The notes under the pieces were generated by a model. That model made no database searches, had not been told where the DNA came from, and was given only the letters and a program-made list of their open reading frames with translations. From Pseudogymnoascus verrucosus (lineage: Eukaryota): a DNA stretch of 64,000 bases. Of this stretch, positions 57,333 through 64,000 are shown one piece after another. The first letter of the stretch is position 1. Each line of letters begins with the position of its first letter. Position numbers and translations under genes: made by a program. The stretch lies in NCBI GenBank assembly GCA_001662655.1, contig KV460206.1; one strand, given 5' to 3'.

Positions 57333-58808
57333 TTAAAACGAGGGCACATACATCCAATCCTTTGAATCAAACCTCACCTCAAACATTGCCTCTTCAAACG
57401 TCCCCACCGCCGCAAAAAGATCATGTCCCCCCTCCAACCCCGTCACCGGCCGATCCTGACTCGCATCCGCCTCCTCGTGCAGATCCCACTGCCCAACCTT
57501 CTCCCCCTCCCTCGTCAAAAAGATCTCCACATCCACCACCTCTCTCGGCTGCGGCTCCCCATACGACGGCGGCGCCTCCGACTTCTTCGGCTTCAGCACC
57601 ATCCCCAGCCCAATCGTCTCTCCCGGCTTAAACGGGTCCGTGAACCCCTTCCCGCCCCAGCAGTCGTTGATATACTTATTCCCATCATCCCCATGCACAC
57701 CTAGACTCCCCCTCTCCCACCCGGGCAGGCGGAACGGCGGGAACGGCTGCGCTACAAACCCCAGCGCCACGCTGACCTCGCTGCGGTTGCGCGGCGAGAT
57801 CGCGACTTCGAAGTAGATCGTCTTCGACCGCCTTAGCGACACGGGTGAGTGAGCCAGCACGCTATAAAGCGGCACAGTGGACACGAGACAGCTATCCGGC
57901 GACTTCTTCTTCGAGGCGCACACCCACGTCCCCTTGCGCGTTTTCTGCACCGTCCCCACATACTGCGACGGGCGCATTAGGTCCACGAACCCGTCCTCGA
58001 CGGCGCTGATGGTGGCTTGGGTGAGGTTTGCAGGGGCGATGAGGGGGCGCGCGCGGCACCAGGTTTCACCGCGGTCGGCTTCGGATTCGGTAGCGTTGTT
58101 GGTGGCGCTGCGGTCTTCGCCGAAGGAGGGGGGTGGGGGGAGGAGAGAGGTGTCGGGGACTGCAGCTTGCCAGTCGTGGTATGGAGCTGCTTCTTCTAGC
58201 TTTTTGGAAGGGGGAGGGCCGGGAGGAGCGTCGTAGCTGTGCGAGGGAGGGGCCCCGGGAGGAGCGTCGTATCCGCGGTGAGAAGGAGGAGGGCCGGAGG
58301 GGGCGTCGTAGCCGCCGTGGGAGGGGGGAGGTCCAGATGGTGGTTCGTAACCGCCGATGTGGGAAGGAGGAGGTCCGGAAGGTGGTTCGTAACCGCCTAC
58401 GTGGGAGGGAGGAGGTCCAGATGGTGCCTCATACCGCGCCTGCGAAGGTGGAGGACCACTCGGGGCATCATATCCACGCCCCGGCGGCGGTCCAGACGGC
58501 GGCGCATACCCACCATCACCATGTCCCGGCGGAGGCCCCGACGGCGGTGCGTACCCACCATCACCGCGTCCCGGCGGCGGTCCAGAAGGCGCCTCATACT
58601 CGTCCAGCGTCCTCTGCGGGCCGGAAAGTCCGTTCGAGGGAGCGTAGGGATTGTTTGAGCCCAGATGCGAGTAGTTCGGCGGCGGGCCGGAGGGAGCGTC
58701 GTACGACATGCTGGTGGCTCTTGCGGCGGCTTTGGGAGCTGACACGGGACGGGCGTTGAGGGCGTCTTCTTGGACGCCGTCGCCCTTGAGGTCGCGGCCG
58801 AAACACAT
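57333..58808 (-). CDS. SPRY-domain protein with N-terminal YxxPSGPPP repeats, 491 aa
   Basis: C-terminal SPRY signature TIYFEV...ALGF...RLPGWERGSLGVHGDDGNKY...FKPGETIGLG; about 11 Pro/Gly/Tyr repeats. Confidence 0.87.
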   Translation of the reverse strand: MCFGRDLKGDGVQEDALNARPVSAPKAAARATSMSYDAPSGPPPNYSHLGSNNPYAPSNGLSGPQRTLDEYEAPSGPPPGRGDGGYAPPSGPPPGHGDGGYAPPSGPPPGRGYDAPSGPPPSQARYEAPSGPPPSHVGGYEPPSGPPPSHIGGYEPPSGPPPSHGGYDAPSGPPPSHRGYDAPPGAPPSHSYDAPPGPPPSKKLEEAAPYHDWQAAVPDTSLLPPPPSFGEDRSATNNATESEADRGETWCRARPLIAPANLTQATISAVEDGFVDLMRPSQYVGTVQKTRKGTWVCASKKKSPDSCLVSTVPLYSVLAHSPVSLRRSKTIYFEVAISPRNRSEVSVALGFVAQPFPPFRLPGWERGSLGVHGDDGNKYINDCWGGKGFTDPFKPGETIGLGMVLKPKKSEAPPSYGEPQPREVVDVEIFLTREGEKVGQWDLHEEADASQDRPVTGLEGGHDLFAAVGTFEEAMFEVRFDSKDWMYVPSF

Positions 58809-59148
58809 TGGTGACGTGGGCGGTGTGGGCGGGGGCCTAGAGGCTGGGGTGTTGTCCTGCTGAAAGGCGATCTGGTTGGGTGGCCTGGTTGGATGGCTGT
58901 TCAGGTACAGGTAGGTGCGTCTGTTTGTGGAAGCTAGGTTATCGTGTAGAAAGTGTCGTTTAGGATTTGAGGTGGTCTTCCTTATGTACCAATATTTATG
59001 AAAGGAACCCTCTTTTCAGCTTCAAACAAAGCGTTATTATCCAGTAATCTGATCCGGGGCAGTGCAAGCTTTGGTGACGCTGCTGCCGTTAAAGCCACCT
59101 CCCAAGGCTTGGAAGGCGGCTGGCGGTGGCAGAATAACGGAGCTATCG

Positions 59149-59525
59149 TCAAGGAACCTCCGACATCAGCTCCCTCAAAGTCAACATCACCGCCCTCCCA
59201 CACTGCTTATTTTGATTCTTCGACTTGAAACCCGCCTCCCTAAATTTCGGGATCTCGACCACCCGATCGCACTTATCCTCTGTGGTCTTCTTCGGTGCGC
59301 CGCTGCGCGGTTTGGATTTCTGGCCGACGCGGTCGTGCTCCTTTCGGATGGGTCGAGACGATGGTTTGGAGTGGGATGGTGGAGTGGCTATCTTGGATTT
59401 TTCTGTAGGACCACGCAATGCTGCGGAGTTCGCAGATGTGGGTGCGTATTTCGGGGGGTGAGTTCTTTGCCGCGGCGGCCCCGGGGCTTTGAGGGGACGT
59501 CCATTGGGATGGCTGGAGTGCTCAT
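59149..59525 (-). pseudogene. Frameshifted Tc1/mariner-like transposase N-terminal (HTH) relic
   Basis: Removing one base at the G6 run 59453..59458 and one near 59351 gives RGRRGKELTPEIRTHICELRSIAWSYRKIQDSHSTIPLQTIVSTIRKEHDRVGQKSKPRSGAPKKTTE, i.e. an HTH followed by a GRPR-like linker. No DDE domain or TIRs found. Confidence 0.6.
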
Positions 59526-60017
59526 TATGTTGTTGTCGTCACGTTGGGGATGGGAGTTGTTCGCGATTCGGAGAGGCTATGAGGCGGGGAGGCACAGACC
59601 ATATGTGATATTTGTAGCACTCACTGAACAGTATTTTGTTTATAACACCTTCGTACAAGTATCATCAAATCACTTCTCTAAACAAGACAAGAATATAATT
59701 GAATCTTCAAATATTGATTCAAATCGTGCGGGTCTTGATTTCCTATGTACTTTGCCCGTTCAATATCATCAACCCCCATCATTCCAATTTGACATATCCA
59801 CAGTTGTTTTCCCACCGTTCCATCATCCCTATTATCCATATCCATAATTCATACACATCCATCTCATCTCATATATCCCTCGTCTTTCATCCCCCAATGT
59901 AAATGCCATATTCATCCCAAACTCCAGTGGCTTACAAGCCATGAAAATGCCGTAAAAAAAACGTCGCTACACGATCAAATCGATTTTTCTCTCAGCAAAA
60001 AATGAGGGAGGCCACAA

Positions 60018-61212
60018 TCACCTCCTCGACCTCGACCTCCTCGAATTCCTCGTCCGTCCGCCAGAGCTCGAGCTACCTATTATTCCGTTAGTCTCTTTGC
60101 CCCAAACCACATCATCAGGAAGCCGAAAACTTACTATCGGTAGTCCCCGTATAACTCTCCGTATAACTCGTATAATACGACCCACTCTGCCTCCTCTCCT
60201 CCTTCTTCTTCTTATTAAACTTCATCCCCGCCCACAGCGCCGCCAACCCCAATCCCAGCCCCGCAAGTCCCACAGCCTCCTTCTTATGCTTATCATGTTT
60301 CTCATTATCCCTTCCACTCGGCACCGCGCCGCCGAACCAACCTCCATGCGTCTCTCGTCTCGACGCCGCCGAGCCACCGTAGCGCGTTGAGTGTCGTCGG
60401 GTCTCGGTAGTAACTTCAGTCCGCGAGCCGCGGCGACTATCCCCCTTCTTCTTGCCAGAGATGAGGTGCCATACCCCCTTAATACCGGCGCTGAGACAGC
60501 AGCACGCGCAGAGGAAGAGGAGGAATATGATACCGGCTAGGACACCAATAACAATCCCTGCGATCGCGCCGCCGCTCAGCCCGGACTTGTGGCCAGAGGT
60601 GATGGTCTCGCTCGACCCCGTCGTCTCAACAGGTGCCACGAAACCCTGGGTTGTAGTAATTGGCACGGTGGTAGCGATGACGCTCGTCCCCTTCACGGGT
60701 GCAGTGGGCTGGGGACCACTTGTCACAACCCCACCGCCACCGCTGCCATCTTGTTTAGCGCGGCATTGCCCGCTGGTATAGCATTCCTGATTCGTAGCGC
60801 AGCAGATCGTTCCACACGACGTGAGAGGGGCGTAGCAAATCGCCGTGCTCTGCGCGACGTAAGGTTGTGGACTCGCCGGCGCGCCGATGAAGGAGGATAT
60901 CGTTACGACGCGGGTTGTCTCGACGGCGTCGATGATGGTGGTGGTGTAGTAGTTCCAGCTCCCATCACCCCCGCCGCCGCTACCGGCAGTGGGAGCAACG
61001 CACGCAGCGATGTTTGCGGCGTCGGTGGTGCAGACTTGCCCGGCGGAACAGCAGTAGGCGTCGCCGTAGCCGCAGTAGGAGTCGCATTGACGGTGCATTA
61101 GGAAGCCGGAGCCGGCGTAGTCGTGGCCTGCGTTGCGGGGGAAGGGGCCGGCGAGGGCGGAGGGGAGGAGGGTCGTGAGGGTGAGGAGGAGGAGGGGCGT
61201 TGGGAGATGCAT
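60018..61212 (-). CDS. Uncharacterised type I membrane protein (signal peptide, Cys-rich ectodomain, Ser/Thr stalk, Mid2/Skg6-like TM); exons 61212..60135, 60076..60018
   Basis: MHLPTPLLLLTLTTLLPSALA; CDSYCG..YCCSAGQVC and CGTICCATNQEC; GLSGGAIAGIVIGVLAGIIFLLFLCACCC; intron GTAAGT...ACTAAC...TAG. Confidence 0.85.
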
Positions 61213-62372
61213 TGTGAGAGTGTTGTGGTGGTGCTGGTGAGGGAGGTGAGGGAGGTGTGGTTGAGCTGCCTCGCCCCAGCTGCTGAAGCTAAGAAGGGGA
61301 GGTTGTGATGCTCTCTCTCCTCAAGGGGATTCGTGATTGACGTAATTGATCCGTTTCAGTACTCTCGTACAACTGTAAAGTGTATCCCAAGTCGTCGAAA
61401 TCCCCAAGGTATCGTCAAATCCGTTCGTGTCTCGTAGTCGTCAACCTTCGATTTCTAAACCGCAGCGAAAAGCGAAAATTATCGAGTTAGTGAAGGAATG
61501 GAACAGGTCCAGAATTTCAGGGTGATGGATAGGAAAGATAAGGGAGGAACTTAAAATCGAAGATGTGGTTGTGTTGGGTGGTGTATTATACGTTCCCAGC
61601 CACCTCTTTGCGTCTCGTGTGTCTTTTGCCAACCACCTCAATTATCACCACAACCTGCTTCTTAACGAACTTGCTTGCACCCCACCAAAACAAAAAATCC
61701 CTGTCGCAATAAATCAGTCGCTTCAGTTATTCTCAAATCGTAACCAGCAAATCAAATTTGCAAAAAACCGTAGTAGTTGAAAAAGAATTCCGGAATTGCG
61801 GAGTTCCTGGAGTTCTAGCGGTCAATGAGGAGGAATTCGCTGGCAGGAAAATCGAGGGTCCCTTTGTTGATGCAGGGTCTCTGATAACGGGTTCGCTGGG
61901 TGATAATCGCAAGGAGCAGGGGCAGTTTCAGTTTTTGCTGTGCTGGCAATGCACGGACTGTCCACCCTTTCTCACCTCAACCACAACTTCAATGGCTTGG
62001 AGCTTCCATTAATGGCTGGGAACGCAAATATGTGACCGTGAAAGCCAATAATGGCAGAGTAAAGGTCGGTGTAATTAATTGGGGTGCTTGTTACATGGAT
62101 GCGTGTCCATGCCGAAGCGGAGCTGTGTCCTTGGCTTTGCGAGATCATTTGGTGTAAATCCTGGAGCGCGTTCAATACTGCTGCATGATGGTGGTTTTGA
62201 TGCCGTGAGACTGACTGGCTGTGGGCATATGTGTGTAATGGCTTCGCTCAATCGATGTAAAGTGGAAGCATACCTATTTTGAAACCTTTTATTTCAAGCT
62301 ATCTAGAGCCAGTCCCTTTCTTCATAAAGCCCTCTTGACCAGCTAGTCTTTCAACCCCCAATTCCCTACCCT

Positions 62373-63408
62373 CTACTTCTCCTCCGGCCACACATTATAC
62401 CCAAACGTATCCTTCATATTCACAAACCTCGTCTTCCTGCTCTCCGCCACCTTATTCACCGCCTCAAAATCCTCATCACTCAACTTAATCAACTGCGCAT
62501 TACTCTTGATCCTCGCCTCATTACTACTCTTCGGCAGCACCGCATACCCCCTCCTAATCCCCCACGCAATCAGGACTTGCGCAAGACTAACCCCATTCTT
62601 CTCTGCCACCGCAATCAGATCCTTATTTGTGGCCACCTTCTCCCCAGTCCCTGGAACCTGGTCTTGCGATCCCAGAGGGGAGTAGGCGACGGGAACGACG
62701 CCTACGGAGCGGCAGAAGTCGATGAGCTCTTGGTTGGGGAGGAAGGGGTGGATCTCGATCTGGTTTACTGCGGGCGGGATCTTGGCGAGGGAGAGGAGCT
62801 GTTTTAGACCGGCGATGGTGTAGTTGGAGACGCCGATGGATTTGGCCTTGCCGCTGGCGACGAGGGATTCCATCGCGCGCCAGGTGGGGGTTGGGTCTTC
62901 GGTTAGGGCTTTGTTGATGATGTACTGAGGGGGATGTTAGTATTGTGTCTTTGTATTGTATCTTTCATTAATAAGTGAAGGAGGGAGAGTAACGCACCTT
63001 CCCATCCGCACCGATCTTGACGCTGCGATCCTCATTCCTCTCCGCAGCAAACGGCCAGTGGATAAGGAATAAATCCACATACTCCAGCCCCAACTTCTTC
63101 AACGAATCATTGATACTCCACTCCACATCCGCCGGCTCATGCAAATGTTGCCACACCTTCGTACAGATGAACAGGTCCTCGCGCTTAACGTCCTTGTGGG
63201 CGTCTAGGAACTCCTTGATCCCAGTGCCTACCTCGTCTTCGTTCTGGTAGAACCACGCGCAGTCTAGGTGTCTGTAACCCGCCGACAAGGCGGCGACGAC
63301 GGCGCGGTGCGTTTCGCCTGGGGAACCGACGGAGGCGAAGGTGCCGAAGCCGAGGGCGGGCATGGAGGCGCCGCTATTGAGCTTGATGAGGGGGGAGGAG
63401 ACGGCCAT
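62373..63408 (-). CDS. gldB: Aldo-keto reductase, NADP+-dependent glycerol dehydrogenase (GldB/Gld2-like); exons 63408 (or 63639)..62998, 62924..62373
   Basis: GFGTF, GYRHLDCAWFY, FICTKVW, LFLIHWP, KSIGVSN, NQIEIHPFLPN, AYSPLGSQ, LPKSSN and the C-terminal RFVNMKDTFGYNVWPEE typical of GldB. Confidence 0.9.
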
Positions 63409-64000
63409 GTTGGGTGGTTTGTGAGTTGTAGTATAGGTTCGTGGGTATTGTGAGTGTTTTGTTGGTGGTGGTGATGGTAATGTTGCGGTGGTGAGAGGGA
63501 GGAGGGGTTTGGGTTTGGAGAGGTGAGTGAGGGATGATGTCAATCGCGGGGTGGGGGGGGGAATATATTTGGAGGGGCAGGAGGGGTGTAGACGAGGATG
63601 CAAGGGGGGGAACCGGAGGGGGAATCGGAGAGGAGGCATGATGGGGGCGAGTGAGGCGAGGAGTGATGATCTTGGAAAGTGGGAGAATGTATTGGGTATG
63701 TATTTTACAGAGTTTTTAATTTATTATATTATTAGAAAGAAATGTAAAATGTAGCAGAGTCTTCCTGGTAGACTTTCCTGGTTCCTTCCTGGCGTTTAGA
63801 GTCTTCCTTGTCATAGTGTCTAGTTTTGGTGTTTACAGTCCACATAGAGTAGAGGTTGGAGTACATACTCACAGTAGTAGCAGCAGCAGCAGTAGTAGCA
63901 GTAGGAACCCTCATATTCGTCATAGCATGTAAGAATAGAGTAAGAGTGTACTTGTAGTGTTTGTACAGCTCATAATAATTGCCGTGATAGAGTACCGATA

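Overview
Eukaryotic, intron-containing DNA from a filamentous ascomycete (GT-AG introns of about 50-70 nt with CTRAC branch sites; the lineage, possibly Leotiomycete-like, is inference only). About 19 protein-coding genes can be modelled, mostly housekeeping: VMA13 (partial), GCV1, an MFS drug transporter, beta-MPP/core 1, SDH4, a SIT4-associated SAP protein, VPS60, a CM1/centrosomin-motif protein, a maltose-permease-like transporter, TFIIB, ATP14, SCH9, RSC7/NPL6, a CLG1-like cyclin, RPL9, a GH16 glucanase, a SPRY protein, a Cys-rich single-pass membrane protein and a GldB-type aldo-keto reductase. No tRNA, rRNA or CRISPR array was seen. The most unusual part is the non-coding stretch at about 39.7-42.5 kb. 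It starts with a foldback/MITE-like palindrome. A ~2.1 kb array follows, holding at least 12 copies of a ~40-bp element with two TGCGCA-like boxes always exactly 30 bp apart, separated by variable spacers. The array ends in units with CACGTG-centred hairpins spaced exactly 200 bp apart. Other points of note: a candidate 630-nt in-frame exitron and a missed first exon in SCH9, a ~1.7 kb ATG-free leader with a single uORF before CLG1, a frameshifted Tc1/mariner-like HTH relic, and a possible Zn2Cys6 relic. All calls come from reading the sequence and recalling family motifs; no database search was run.
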